Assembly (NCBI GenBank): GCA_964611355.1
Contig: CAZSYD010000007.1
Coordinates: forward strand, 1-64,000
Direction of reading: 5' to 3'
From: an uncultured Ignavibacteriales bacterium
GTDB taxonomy: Bacteria > Zixibacteria > MSB-5A5 > GN15 > JAAZOE01
Length of the DNA stretch: 64,000 nucleotides
The position numbers and the translations under genes are program-made. Under the pieces are notes generated by a model, which saw only the letters and a program-made list of their open reading frames with translations, was not told the DNA's origin and ran no database searches. Each line of letters starts with the position of its first letter. Position 1 is the stretch's first letter. This document shows positions 10,470 to 20,998 of the stretch, piece by piece.

Positions 10470-11260
10470 TAATCCTCCCTGGCCAGAATATACAGTTCAT
10501 CAAGCCCGTTGAAATTAACCGCCGGTTCAATAGTAATATTATAAAAGAATTCCCTTTTCGGAGAATCGACGCTCGTTACCGTGCCGATAACCAGTCCTTC
10601 CGGGAAAATCCCGCCCAAACCCGAAGTAATAACGGTATCCCCAATCTTGACATCTCCCTGCTGGGGCGAATTATCAAGGTACATCCTTCGAATCATGCTA
10701 TAACGAATAATTCCCTGTTCCCGGCTGCGTTTAACCCGGGCCGCCACCCTACAACGCGGTTCGGTGAGCAGGTACACGACGGAATAATCATTCATCACCC
10801 TGGCCACCCGACCGGCCAGACCGTTACGGTTGACCACGGTCTGATTCACCCGAATGGAATCTTCATCACCCATATTGATAAGAACCGTATTGGGTATACC
10901 GGAACCGCGCACGCGCACAATTTCCGTAGGGACAATCTTAAATCCCGCCGGAGGGACAAAACCCAAAAGGGCTCGCAACCGCCGATTCTCTTCCAACATC
11001 TCATTAAAGAGCTGCAATCGGGTGGAAAGCTCGATCAGCGACGCCCGCAAAGCCCGGGTTTCTTGGCCTGCGCTAACCAGCCGGGAAATCGTGTTTTTAA
11101 GCTTGAAAAAAGGATAGTAAAACAGAGTTACGGTCGCATTTCCGACAAAACCGGTTACGCGCTGACCGGCGAGGAGAAGAACCAGCGATATAAGCAGAAC
11201 GAATACGGTATGTATGACCACCCTCTTATCCCGGGGGAAAAAAGATAATCGCCAGTCCAT
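10469..11260 (-). CDS. mreC: Rod shape-determining protein MreC
   Basis: TM, coiled coil ENRRLRALL and GDTVITSGLGGIFPEG. Confidence 0.95.
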   Translation of the reverse strand: MDWRLSFFPRDKRVVIHTVFVLLISLVLLLAGQRVTGFVGNATVTLFYYPFFKLKNTISRLVSAGQETRALRASLIELSTRLQLFNEMLEENRRLRALLGFVPPAGFKIVPTEIVRVRGSGIPNTVLINMGDEDSIRVNQTVVNRNGLAGRVARVMNDYSVVYLLTEPRCRVAARVKRSREQGIIRYSMIRRMYLDNSPQQGDVKIGDTVITSGLGGIFPEGLVIGTVTSVDSPKREFFYNITIEPAVNFNGLDELYILARED

Positions 11261-11291
11261 TGGCTTAATCCCTCGATAAAATCAGGCCGTA

Positions 11292-11744
11292 CTATTCGAC
11301 CGAATCAAGAATGGAGAGAAGCTCTCCGGGAGAGCTTACCTTCGTAAGTTTTTCGCGGTTTTCCTCCGATTTCATAATATAAGACAGCCGGGCCATGACA
11401 TTCAGATGGGCCCCGATGGCGTCTTCCGGGGCAGCGATGAGAAAGAAAACGTAAACCGGTTTTTTGTCCATGGCCTCAAAGTCTATACCATCCTCGCTTC
11501 TACCGAAGGCGATGACTATTCCCCTGGTCGCTTTTGTCTTGGCATGGGGAAAGGCGACACCATATCCGATACCGGTGGTAACCATATTCTCGCGGTGGAT
11601 AATATCCCGCAAAAGTTCATCACTGTCTTTAACCAACGGCGAATTGGACGCCAGTTTAACCAGTTCCTCAATCACGGCGTCTTTAGTCGTCGCCTTAAGG
11701 TTAAACGCTATCAGGTTTTCATCACAGAATTTGGATAGTCTCAT
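11292..11744 (-). CDS. PTS IIA component (Fru/Ntr family, PtsN-like)
   Basis: RENMVTTGIGYGVAFPH phospho-His motif; GIDFEAMD. Confidence 0.9.
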   Translation of the reverse strand: MRLSKFCDENLIAFNLKATTKDAVIEELVKLASNSPLVKDSDELLRDIIHRENMVTTGIGYGVAFPHAKTKATRGIVIAFGRSEDGIDFEAMDKKPVYVFFLIAAPEDAIGAHLNVMARLSYIMKSEENREKLTKVSSPGELLSILDSVE

Positions 11745-11837
11745 TTTCTCTCCATTATGACATATTGCTACCCGGAGAAGTTAATCGGCAACTAAATTCC
11801 CCCGGGGTTCCTTACCACTCACCCCCGGCCATTGAAC

Positions 11838-12797
11838 CTACTCGTCAAAAACGCCCATTCGGCGGTATTTCCCTATTCTCTGCTCTATCAACTCCTCCAC
11901 GGAAAGAGGGTCAAGTTCCGCCAAAGCCCTGGCGATATATTCCTTCAGATTCGCGGCCGCCTGATTAACGTCGCGATGCGCCCCGCCTTCCGGCTCAGGA
12001 ATAATGCCATCAATCAGACCAAGATTTTTTACGTCTTCCGCTGTCAACTTAAGCGCTTCGGCGGCTTCGGGGGCTTTGGCCACATCCCGCCATAGAATAG
12101 CGGCGCATCCTTCAGGGGATATCACCGAATACCACGAATTTTCCATCATGTAAACGCGATCCCCCAAGCCGATACCCAGCGCACCGCCCGAGGCGCCTTC
12201 GCCAATGATGACGATTACAATTGGAACCTCCAGGATGGCCATTTCGCGCAGGTTGCGGGCGATCGATTCCGCCTGTCCACGTTCCTCGGCGCCAATACCG
12301 GGGAAAGCCCCGGGAGTATCAATCAGTATAACCACGGCCCGGCCAAATCTGACGGCCATCTGCATAAGGCGCAAAGCCTTGCGGTATCCCTCCGGACTGG
12401 CCATACCGAAGTTGCGATAAAGTTTGCTCTTGGTGTTGCGTCCTTTCTGCTGGCCCAGAATCATTATCGACCGACCTTCAAACCGGGCAAACCCGCCCAC
12501 CATAGCCTTATCATCGGCAAAGCAACGATCTCCATGCAGTTCCAAAAAATCCGTGGTGATCAGGTTTATATAATCGAGGGTATATGGTCTTTTGGGATGC
12601 CGCGCCAACTGAACTCGCTGCCACCGGGTAAGATTGGAAAAGATGGTTTTCTGAAGCTTTTTGAGTTTGTTCTGAAGCGCTTCTATTTCACTCGAGAGTT
12701 CAATCTCCTCGACTCGACTGAACTCTTCCATATCGGAGATTTTCTTTTCAAGCTCCAGGATAGGCTTCTCGAAATCTATATAAGGACCTTCGGTCAT
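11838..12797 (-). CDS. accA: Acetyl-CoA carboxylase carboxyltransferase alpha subunit
   Basis: [33 protein letters not shown] and YSVISPEG motifs. Confidence 0.97.
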   Translation of the reverse strand: MTEGPYIDFEKPILELEKKISDMEEFSRVEEIELSSEIEALQNKLKKLQKTIFSNLTRWQRVQLARHPKRPYTLDYINLITTDFLELHGDRCFADDKAMVGGFARFEGRSIMILGQQKGRNTKSKLYRNFGMASPEGYRKALRLMQMAVRFGRAVVILIDTPGAFPGIGAEERGQAESIARNLREMAILEVPIVIVIIGEGASGGALGIGLGDRVYMMENSWYSVISPEGCAAILWRDVAKAPEAAEALKLTAEDVKNLGLIDGIIPEPEGGAHRDVNQAAANLKEYIARALAELDPLSVEELIEQRIGKYRRMGVFDE

Positions 12798-12799
12798 CG

Positions 12800-13858
12800 T
12801 CAGTTTTCTTTCCCGCTCCTTTTGCCATACGCGAGCGTAAATCTAAATAATATCACGAAAATTACAACCATAAAAATAATCAGAATGGCAAAGACGGCAC
12901 GCCGGTTGAAGATAATCATGGCCCCCGAAAAGACTGCAAACACAGCCGAAAGAAGATAAAACACCCAGACCACCTGCGCCTTGGACAACCCCAGGGCAGC
13001 CGCGTAATGGAACAGGTGACGGTTATCGGCCTTATAGAATTTCCGGCCCGTGACCGTACGGCGAGCGAACGATATTACCGTTTCAATAACCGGGACGCCC
13101 AGAGCAACCAGCGGGACAAACACCGCCGCCGTGGTGTACGATTTGATCGGAAACAGAATCGAAACGACGGCGAAAAGATACCCCAAAAAAAGCGACCCGC
13201 TGTCACCCATAAAGATTTTGGCCGGATAATGATTGAAATAAAGAAACACCAACGACGAGCCGATGATGGCGACCGTAAAAACCATAACCGTGAAAAGACT
13301 ATAATAAATTCCGACGAAAAGCAGCGCCAGGGCCGCAATGGCCGATACACCGGCGGCCAGCCCATCAAGACCATCGATCAGATTAATGCAATTGATCAAT
13401 CCTATCAGCCATAATAGCGTTACCGGCAAGGAGATAAAACCAAGTTCAATCGGACCCTGAAACGGAATATAGAGAACCGTTATTTTTAGCCCGCCGGAAT
13501 ACAAGAGAAGTCCAACGATTATTTGAGACAGTAACTTAAACAAAGCCGAAAGACCGCTGATATCGTCAATCAGTCCGGTAAGAAAAACAACGACCCCTCC
13601 GGCGATGACAAAATAGAGGTACGGCTCCAGTTCCTCAGCAAGAGGCGGATAGGAATGATATGAAAAAATAACCGCCGCCCAGAACCCCACAAATATGGAT
13701 ATTCCGCCGAGATTGGGAGTAGGAAAGCGGTGACGCTTGTGCTCCCCCGGCACGTCAAGAAGGCCGGCTCTAAAACATATCCCGCATATAACAGGTACCA
13801 GGACAACCGTACAAATCCCGGCCAAAAGGAAAATTTTAAGAAAGTCGAACCAACTCAC
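12800..13858 (-). CDS. WecA/TagO-type polyprenyl-phosphate HexNAc-1-P transferase (MraY family)
   Basis: [26 protein letters not shown] and RHLFH motifs. Confidence 0.9.
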   Translation of the reverse strand: MSWFDFLKIFLLAGICTVVLVPVICGICFRAGLLDVPGEHKRHRFPTPNLGGISIFVGFWAAVIFSYHSYPPLAEELEPYLYFVIAGGVVVFLTGLIDDISGLSALFKLLSQIIVGLLLYSGGLKITVLYIPFQGPIELGFISLPVTLLWLIGLINCINLIDGLDGLAAGVSAIAALALLFVGIYYSLFTVMVFTVAIIGSSLVFLYFNHYPAKIFMGDSGSLFLGYLFAVVSILFPIKSYTTAAVFVPLVALGVPVIETVISFARRTVTGRKFYKADNRHLFHYAAALGLSKAQVVWVFYLLSAVFAVFSGAMIIFNRRAVFAILIIFMVVIFVILFRFTLAYGKRSGKEN

Positions 13859-14712
13859 TTTGATAAAGTAAACAATTCGCGGATCAAAGACAATAGACAG
13901 TTACCTGATACCAGGGGGATAAGAATGGCTTGCCGCCAAATCGACTTATGATATTTTCGAAAATATCTCCACGCTGAAACATGATGCCAGATTATCCGCC
14001 TGAACCGATAGTGACAGGTAGAATGCCCCCAAAGATGCACCGCCTTGGCTCCGGGAACATACAGGATTTTATATCCCTGCCCGGCCAAGCGATAACAGAG
14101 ATCGGTGTCTTCCATATAAAGGAAAAACGACTCGTCAAAACCGCCGAGTTGGTCAAAAACGGTTTTAGGAATCATCATCATCGCAGCCGCGGCTGCCTCT
14201 ACCGTCGTGATTTCCGGATAATCCGGCAGCGTGTAAGCGCCTTCTTGGGTTTTGATCCACCCGCGCAGGAAGAAACCGCGTGAAAAAAACAGATTTTTAA
14301 GCGTCGGGAAACGGCGGCATGATGGCTGAAACGATCCGTCGGCATTTGTAAGACGACCGGTAACAATACCGACTTCGCGACTGCTTTCCAAAGTAGAATA
14401 AAGCCGGTCAACAGCTGTCTTTTCCGGTTTCACATCGGGATTGAGGAAAAGGAGATAATCCCCGGCAGCTTCGGCCACGCCCAAATTACAGGCCGCCGCA
14501 AAGCCGATCCGTCGTTTCGTAACTACCTGTTTTACTACTGCGTTCCTTAACTCGACCTTCGGAGCGGGCGAAACATTGGGCGGATTGTCCACTACGATTA
14601 TTTCCGTATCCAAGCGATTATCGCTCCGGTCAATCGAGACCAGACAATCATTCAGGATCGCCTCGGAGCGATGGTTGACAATTATAACCGATAACCGGGG
14701 TTTGGTGTTCAA
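13855..14712 (-). CDS. GT2 glycosyltransferase (WbbL/rhamnosyltransferase-like)
   Basis: VVDN, GFAAACN, FLNPD and GGFDESFFLYMEDTDLC motifs. Confidence 0.88.
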   Translation of the reverse strand: MNTKPRLSVIIVNHRSEAILNDCLVSIDRSDNRLDTEIIVVDNPPNVSPAPKVELRNAVVKQVVTKRRIGFAAACNLGVAEAAGDYLLFLNPDVKPEKTAVDRLYSTLESSREVGIVTGRLTNADGSFQPSCRRFPTLKNLFFSRGFFLRGWIKTQEGAYTLPDYPEITTVEAAAAAMMMIPKTVFDQLGGFDESFFLYMEDTDLCYRLAGQGYKILYVPGAKAVHLWGHSTCHYRFRRIIWHHVSAWRYFRKYHKSIWRQAILIPLVSGNCLLSLIRELFTLSK

Positions 14713-14729
14713 GGAATTGCCTGCAGCAG

Positions 14730-15458
14730 TTACAACTTACCCAATATGGCCGCCAGGCGCAGCCACCAGACCATCCAGATCGCTTCGCGAACGATCTTCT
14801 TTGACATTTTCGATGTCCCGCGCAGACGGTCGGTGAAGACGATCGGAATCTCCTTGATTCTGAATTTCCGGACATGAGCCCGCATAGTCATCTCGATCTG
14901 AAAGGTGTATCCGTTTGATTTAACATCATCGAGTCTAATCGCCTCCAGCACTTCCCTGCGGAAACATTTGAAACCGCCCGTGGCGTCACGCACCGGCAGA
15001 CCGGTGACAAGGCGGGAATAAACATTGGCATAATACGATAAAAGCAATCGGGTCATCGGCCAGTTGATGACATTGACGCCGCTTATATATCGCGAACCGA
15101 GAACCAGGTCGTTTTCTTTGATGGCTTCCAGAAAATCGGGGATATAGTCGGGGCTGTGGGAGAAGTCAGCATCCATTTCGAAGATATAATCGAAACCTTT
15201 TTCAAGCGCCCACTTAAATCCGTGAATATACGCCGTGCCCAGGCCCGCTTTGCCGGGACGATGCTCAACGAAAACACGGGGATCTTCACCGGCCATCCCG
15301 TCGGCAATTTCTCCCGTCCCGTCGGGAGAGTTGTCATCGACGATCAGGACATGAATCCGGTCGTCCTTGGCCAGAACCGCCCGGGTGATTTTTTCTATAT
15401 TTTCCTTCTCGTTGTAAGTCGGGAATATTATAAGCGCTCGCTTGTCATTTTCAGTCAT
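14730..15458 (-). CDS. Polyprenol-monophosphomannose synthase-like GT2 (DPM1/Ppm1 family)
   Basis: PTYNE, IVDDNSPDGT, KAGLGTAY, MDADFSH and DATGGFK motifs. Confidence 0.92.
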   Translation of the reverse strand: MTENDKRALIIFPTYNEKENIEKITRAVLAKDDRIHVLIVDDNSPDGTGEIADGMAGEDPRVFVEHRPGKAGLGTAYIHGFKWALEKGFDYIFEMDADFSHSPDYIPDFLEAIKENDLVLGSRYISGVNVINWPMTRLLLSYYANVYSRLVTGLPVRDATGGFKCFRREVLEAIRLDDVKSNGYTFQIEMTMRAHVRKFRIKEIPIVFTDRLRGTSKMSKKIVREAIWMVWWLRLAAILGKL

Positions 15459-15459
15459 G

Positions 15460-17871
15460 TCATTTGCCCATTGTCGATGATTTCGCCCGGCGACGCGGAA
15501 TTATATGAAAACCGGCCGCGACCCCCACGAACAGGAGAGAAGCCAGTGAAATCAGTCGCCCGATTCTGGAAGTTTTCGAGATGAAACGGAATTCCACTTT
15601 ATGCTCGCCGGCCGGAACAACTACGCCCCTAAAGGCCGCATTGGCCCGAAATACCTCCACCTCCGTGCCGTCAACAAACCCTTTCCATGCAGGATACCAG
15701 TTGTCGGCCAGAACAAGAATGCCGTCGGCGCTTGATCGCATCCTGATGGAAATATAACCGTTTTCATATTTATCAATAGTTACGCTATCGGCAATTTCGC
15801 CGACGGTATCGTCTGCGGGGATGATTCCCGGATTTTCAAATAGCCCAACCTGCTTTTTTGGATCAAAACCTTGCGAAAGGATTATTTTCTGCAACTTTTC
15901 CTCATCAGGCTCCACAATCCAGTCATGAACAAGATAAGCGCGTTCGTTCGCCGACAGGTTTTCGTGTACCTGCAGGTTCCGCCAGCGCTTAACCTCCTTG
16001 AAACCGGCCGCCGTCAGTTGTTCTCCCCTGATACGCGACCCTTGCGATAAAAGCAGATAACGGGTATTTGTCATGTTCATCAGATTGATGTTGAACATGT
16101 TACTCATTCGCATACCGCCAAGCAGACTATGATACCAGCGGGGCTGGCTGCCGTGATAGGAGGTCATCTCCTCGATGCCCCAGCGGGGCAGGTAATTAGT
16201 CGGGAAATCTCGATCGGTAATATCAAGCACGCGGAATTTGCCCGGTATTGATCTGAAATAATCGACAAGAGGCGTGCGGGCAAAAGAAGCATCCTGATCA
16301 TAAGTATGGATAAACTTCAGATCGAATCTCCCGGCATCCACAAGCGCCGCGGCAATTACAATCCAGAGAATCAGGACGCCCGCCTGTCGCCGACTATACA
16401 GCCAAACAACAGCAGCCGGAACGATCAGGAAAAGAAACGTTTTCCAAAAACCGGCGGTGATGCCGCCGAGGTGACTTTTCAGAATCATATCTTTTTGAGG
16501 CTGGATATTACCGTAAAAAATCGATTTGTATAAACCGGCCGCCGACTCGGGGGAGGCGGCAAAAAACAGGGCCCCCAAAAACACCAGACCCGGCAAACCA
16601 AAAAGCCCCAGCATAAACAACCGCCTTTGCTGATCCTTCAACTGCCGGCTTTTTTCAATTATAAAGTCGAGTCCAAAAGCGGCCAGAAGGGCGATTGAAA
16701 AAGAGAACAAAAACATAATCATCGACCATGCGCGGGTCGATTTCACGTTTGGTATCAAATAATAAAACAGGTAAAAGAACGGCGTATCACCGGCCAGGCC
16801 ATATATCACCGCAAAAAGGGCCAGCGCGCCGAAAAACCAGGTTTTGCGGGAACGAATCATAATCACCGCAACCAGGGCGATTAAAAACGGTACCGCCCCG
16901 CAATATTCGGAGTTATCCTTGAAAAAATTTCGCCCCCAGTAGGTGTTGCCTTCAACGCCGGAGACGCCGCAGAATTCCGGAACGACAAGCGATACCGCCT
17001 CTTCGGGATGAAGCGACCATGATTTGGCCCAGTCCTCACCCCGTTTTTCGTCGGCGCGAGGAGAATAATTCTTGACGTACTTATATCCGCCGTAAAAGTG
17101 AACCGCTGAAACCGATAGTCCTATTACAACAGCCATAATAAAAAATGTCGTCGGTTTGATAAGAGCATTTATGGATTTGCCGTCAACGTAACGGAATACC
17201 AGCTTGAATACGAAATACAGCGCACACGCCCAGAGAGTATAATACGCCATCTGCGGATGCGGCGTCAGGATAATGATCCCGATTATCAGACCAAGCTGCG
17301 TGAAATGAAGAAAAGATTTACGTTCAAAGGCCAGTTCAATAAGCATGATCGTCAGGGGGAAAAGGGCAGTGACAAACATCTTTCCGTCATGACCCGGCGA
17401 CACCTGTGAAACGAAATAAGCGGCAAACATGTATGATACCGCCGCTAAAGTCGAGGCCATCTGCGACCTTTTGAACACCCGGGCGCAGAAATACATTGTA
17501 ATGCCGGCGAAGAAAACATGCAGAAGCAGCGCCCACCCGAAGTAGCGGTAGATATTATCCTTAAACCAGAATTTCATGATCGTAAACGGGTAAAACGTAT
17601 CGCCGTGGAAACATTCGAGGTACGGAATACCGCAGAACTGATACGGATTCCAAACCGGTGCGGCTCCATGTTCACACACATAATCGACATAAAAAGAGCG
17701 ATAAAAGCCGGCGCCCTGTATAAAATCTGAACTGTAAAGCATCTCATCGGAAAAAACAAAAACACTGAATAGAAGTATGACGGCCGCAAACAGCAGGGTA
17801 AACAGAATCAGGTTAAACAGGACCGTATTATTTGTAATATTGCCGCAGGGTATCGACTTTGTCTTGGCCAA
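15460..17871 (-). CDS. YfhO-family GT-C membrane protein
   Basis: About 13 TM helices, PVWNPYQFCGIP, HPQMAYY and the YfhO-type C-terminus YPAWKGFVDG...AFRGVVVPAGEHKVEFRF. Confidence 0.85.
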   Translation of the reverse strand: MAKTKSIPCGNITNNTVLFNLILFTLLFAAVILLFSVFVFSDEMLYSSDFIQGAGFYRSFYVDYVCEHGAAPVWNPYQFCGIPYLECFHGDTFYPFTIMKFWFKDNIYRYFGWALLLHVFFAGITMYFCARVFKRSQMASTLAAVSYMFAAYFVSQVSPGHDGKMFVTALFPLTIMLIELAFERKSFLHFTQLGLIIGIIILTPHPQMAYYTLWACALYFVFKLVFRYVDGKSINALIKPTTFFIMAVVIGLSVSAVHFYGGYKYVKNYSPRADEKRGEDWAKSWSLHPEEAVSLVVPEFCGVSGVEGNTYWGRNFFKDNSEYCGAVPFLIALVAVIMIRSRKTWFFGALALFAVIYGLAGDTPFFYLFYYLIPNVKSTRAWSMIMFLFSFSIALLAAFGLDFIIEKSRQLKDQQRRLFMLGLFGLPGLVFLGALFFAASPESAAGLYKSIFYGNIQPQKDMILKSHLGGITAGFWKTFLFLIVPAAVVWLYSRRQAGVLILWIVIAAALVDAGRFDLKFIHTYDQDASFARTPLVDYFRSIPGKFRVLDITDRDFPTNYLPRWGIEEMTSYHGSQPRWYHSLLGGMRMSNMFNINLMNMTNTRYLLLSQGSRIRGEQLTAAGFKEVKRWRNLQVHENLSANERAYLVHDWIVEPDEEKLQKIILSQGFDPKKQVGLFENPGIIPADDTVGEIADSVTIDKYENGYISIRMRSSADGILVLADNWYPAWKGFVDGTEVEVFRANAAFRGVVVPAGEHKVEFRFISKTSRIGRLISLASLLFVGVAAGFHIIPRRRAKSSTMGK

Positions 17872-17883
17872 AATGGTTCCCCA

Positions 17884-18816
17884 TCATTTAATTCTAAGCG
17901 CTATCAGCGCCGATATTGCCTCGGCAATGATTAACCATAACCGGGCGGCGATCGCGATCGCGGCTGAAACCGCCGGTCCGAAAAATGGCGTCAAAAGCAA
18001 CTGCATTACGACTTCTCGCGGCCCCACGCCGCCGGGTGCAAAAAGCGCCAGATAACCAACCTGGTAAGCGATAATAAAAAGCCCCATCATCGGGAACAGG
18101 GCCGCATTCTGAGGGATAATACCTTTCAAAAACAGCCAGAAGGAAAATCCGTATAAACTCCATACCAGAAAATAACCAACATATAATTTTACCGCAAGCC
18201 GTTTATCGATATCGATCCTGATCGGCCGGCGTTTAAGCAGTTTAAAGAACGCATTAATAATCCGTTCAAACGGCCTCGGGAAAAACACCATCATAATCGA
18301 AAAGACCAGTACCCCGATGCCAAAAATTATAACGCCTGCGGCAAAAAACGGGATTCCGATAAATTCGGCAAAAAAACCGGGATACAGGGCAAGATACAAA
18401 AGCCCTGAAAAAATGGCGGGCGGCAGAGTAAAAGTCAGCGTTATCCCAAAGGCGGTCACCGCCTCCTCTTCAGTTATGCCCTCTTTTTTGGCCAGGTAAA
18501 TAAAGCCGAACACCTGCCAGATTTTACCCGGTACATACCGGCCCAAATTGGCCAGATAGCAAATTTTGAAAGCTTTGGCATACCCGATCTGCTTGCCGAA
18601 TGAAAAAACAATCCGGCGCCAAATTGATGATATAATAAAAAAGGTTATAATTACGCAGATTACCGACAGTAAAAGGTAGAAATAATTAAGCTGCCATTCA
18701 TAAGCGACGACCTTTTCCCAGTTGACAAACAGCTGTTTGCCGAGATAATAGAAAATGACGGCAATTACAAGAACCTGAAGCGCCCGCTTTATTATTTTCC
18801 CGGCGATGGTGCTCAT
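17884..18816 (-). CDS. Flippase-like membrane protein (UPF0104 / LPG synthase TM domain)
   Basis: NLGRYVPG, PGGVGPRE and ARLW motifs in a polytopic protein. Confidence 0.82.
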   Translation of the reverse strand: MSTIAGKIIKRALQVLVIAVIFYYLGKQLFVNWEKVVAYEWQLNYFYLLLSVICVIITFFIISSIWRRIVFSFGKQIGYAKAFKICYLANLGRYVPGKIWQVFGFIYLAKKEGITEEEAVTAFGITLTFTLPPAIFSGLLYLALYPGFFAEFIGIPFFAAGVIIFGIGVLVFSIMMVFFPRPFERIINAFFKLLKRRPIRIDIDKRLAVKLYVGYFLVWSLYGFSFWLFLKGIIPQNAALFPMMGLFIIAYQVGYLALFAPGGVGPREVVMQLLLTPFFGPAVSAAIAIAARLWLIIAEAISALIALRIK

Positions 18817-20015
18817 GCAGCATCCGTTTTCTTCGAGCCTTCGGATAATGATACAAACAGGTTATAGACTTTATTAACCAGGACCGGCGTGGCGAATTTC
18901 TCCATAGCCTTTTTATGACCGCCGTCGCCCAGCCGTTGCCTCATTTCACGGTCTTCAAAAAGCGTCTTTATCGACCGGGCCAGACCTCCAATATCGCCCG
19001 GTTCCACGAGCAGCCCGTTCTCCCCTTTATCAACTATATCGGTAATGCCGCCGGAACGCGACCCGATGACCGGTCTGCCGGTCAGACCGGCTTCCACCAG
19101 CACCAGACCGAATCCCTCACCTTCCGAAACCAGAACGACCACGTCGCTTTGTCGATACAGCTCACCGAGCTTCTGCTGCGCCACCAGCGGGATAAATTCA
19201 ATCCTGTCGGATAAACCTGTTTTCTCAGCCAGATATTTCAGTTCGGTCTCCAGCGGTCCTTCTCCAACCATTAAAATCTTAAACGGTATTTTATCGGCGG
19301 CGACCTTTTCTGCAGCGGCGATAATATCAGAAAGCCGTTTCTGTTTTGTATAGCGGGCCACTGAAAGCAGGATGGGAACATCATGGTCAGGAAGATCGGT
19401 CTTAGGGAAATGCTCCATGCCGACCGGCATCGGGATAACGGCCACGCTGTCTTCTGCGATTACGCCCACACGTTTCAAAAGCCTTTGCTTTAGAAAAGTC
19501 GACACGACCGTCGCCATATTTGTCCGCTTGTAAACATACCGACTCAGAGATTTAAGAATTCCTCCTTTTTCCAAAAGACCGATATCGGTACCATGCGATG
19601 ATATTACCAAAGGTATCCTGAATTTCGAAGCGACCCGGGCAGCCACCAAGCCGGGCGGTATCCACCAGTTGGCCCAGATGATATCCGGCCTTTCCCTGCG
19701 GCATACCCGCACGACGGCACGATAAAATGACCAGAGGAAACAGGAAAATACAACTTTGGCAAAAAGCGAGGCCGCAACTATCTCATGCATATTACCCGTA
19801 TAGACAATAGGTTTTATTCCGGAAAAAAGGTACGGGAAACGGATAATCTTAACGCCGTCGATGGTGTCTTCTTTAAGCAATCCCGGCGCATGAGGGCAAA
19901 TGACGATCAGTTCAAGCCCTTTACGAACCAAACCCGATGATAATCTATGAAGGTATAGGGCAGTCAGGTCTCCCCGGCGGCGGATATAATTATGAGTGAT
20001 TACGACAGCCTTCAA
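18813..20015 (-). CDS. GT4 family glycosyltransferase
   Basis: SHGTD, ARYTKQK and EGFGLVLVEA (ExxxxxxxE). TTG start at 20015 is preferred over the long overlapping ORF start. Confidence 0.9.
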   Translation of the reverse strand: MKAVVITHNYIRRRGDLTALYLHRLSSGLVRKGLELIVICPHAPGLLKEDTIDGVKIIRFPYLFSGIKPIVYTGNMHEIVAASLFAKVVFSCFLWSFYRAVVRVCRRERPDIIWANWWIPPGLVAARVASKFRIPLVISSHGTDIGLLEKGGILKSLSRYVYKRTNMATVVSTFLKQRLLKRVGVIAEDSVAVIPMPVGMEHFPKTDLPDHDVPILLSVARYTKQKRLSDIIAAAEKVAADKIPFKILMVGEGPLETELKYLAEKTGLSDRIEFIPLVAQQKLGELYRQSDVVVLVSEGEGFGLVLVEAGLTGRPVIGSRSGGITDIVDKGENGLLVEPGDIGGLARSIKTLFEDREMRQRLGDGGHKKAMEKFATPVLVNKVYNLFVSLSEGSKKTDAA

Positions 20016-20029
20016 AGGTACTACCTGTC

Positions 20030-20998
20030 TTATTCGTCGCGGCGCTGTTCCAGTTTCTTTTCGAGTCGTCGGATCGTTTTGCGGATACCGCCAAATTCTT
20101 CCTTGATGGCCGTCATGGCCTCGGCCAGAAAACCGAGCACAAAGAACATTATTCCGGTAACCATCAGCAGGATAACCAAATAGAGCAGTGGTCGGAAACC
20201 GGCGTTTTCCATGAAACGGAGATAAAGTGCGACAAGCCCCACAAGAATGCCGGCGCAAATTAATCCCAATCCCGGAAATCCAAAAAACAGAAGCGGCTTG
20301 CGAAGCAAAGTCAACTGCGATTTGACCGCCAGCATATCAAGAAAGCCTATCGGTATGCGCCAGAAACCGGAGAACTTGGACCGGCCGCTGTACCGGGGAT
20401 AAAGAGGCATCCTGACTTCGTCAACGCGATAACCCTGCTCCACGGCAAGGGCCACCAGGTAACGGTGCCAGTCCTTGCGAAGAAAAATATCCTCGACCAC
20501 CTCGCGGCGAAAGGCCTTGACCGAGTTGAGATCATGAACCTTTAGACGGAAGATACGCCGGGACAGGAAATTATATATATTTGAAATAAACCTTTTGGCG
20601 TAGGGGCCCTGTTTCCAGCCGGTGACCAAATCGTACCCTTCGTCGATCCTGGCCATCATCCGGGGAATATCCTCCGGTCTATATTGCAGGTCGGCCGGAT
20701 AAAAAAGAAATATCTCTCCCCGGGCGCTGTAAAAACCGGTATAGAGAGCTTCGGTCAATCCCATATTGCGATTATGAGTTTCCACGCACAAAAAAGAGTA
20801 TTTGCCTTCCAGTGTTCTCAGGATTTCTCCGGAACGATCTGTGGAACCATCGTTGACAATAATCACTTCAAAAGAAAAGGGAGCCTTCTTGCCCATTTCG
20901 TCGAACTGACGGCAGAGTTCCTCAAGGTTCCCTTCTTCATTGTAAGCGGGAACGATAACCGACAGGCGTAAATCAGTTTTGGAAATCGTTCTTTCCAA
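20030..20998 (-). CDS. GtrB/ArnC-like polyprenyl-phosphate glycosyltransferase (GT2 with two C-terminal TMs)
   Basis: VPAYNEE, VNDGSTD, PADLQY and two C-terminal TM helices. Confidence 0.88.
   Translation of the reverse strand: MERTISKTDLRLSVIVPAYNEEGNLEELCRQFDEMGKKAPFSFEVIIVNDGSTDRSGEILRTLEGKYSFLCVETHNRNMGLTEALYTGFYSARGEIFLFYPADLQYRPEDIPRMMARIDEGYDLVTGWKQGPYAKRFISNIYNFLSRRIFRLKVHDLNSVKAFRREVVEDIFLRKDWHRYLVALAVEQGYRVDEVRMPLYPRYSGRSKFSGFWRIPIGFLDMLAVKSQLTLLRKPLLFFGFPGLGLICAGILVGLVALYLRFMENAGFRPLLYLVILLMVTGIMFFVLGFLAEAMTAIKEEFGGIRKTIRRLEKKLEQRRDE

Noticed and set aside
20016..20258. N-terminal extensions in the ORF track (GT4, ECF ATPase, hldA, GNAT, roadblock 61120)
   Set aside because: They overlap upstream genes or terminators; downstream starts match family N-termini or have an RBS.
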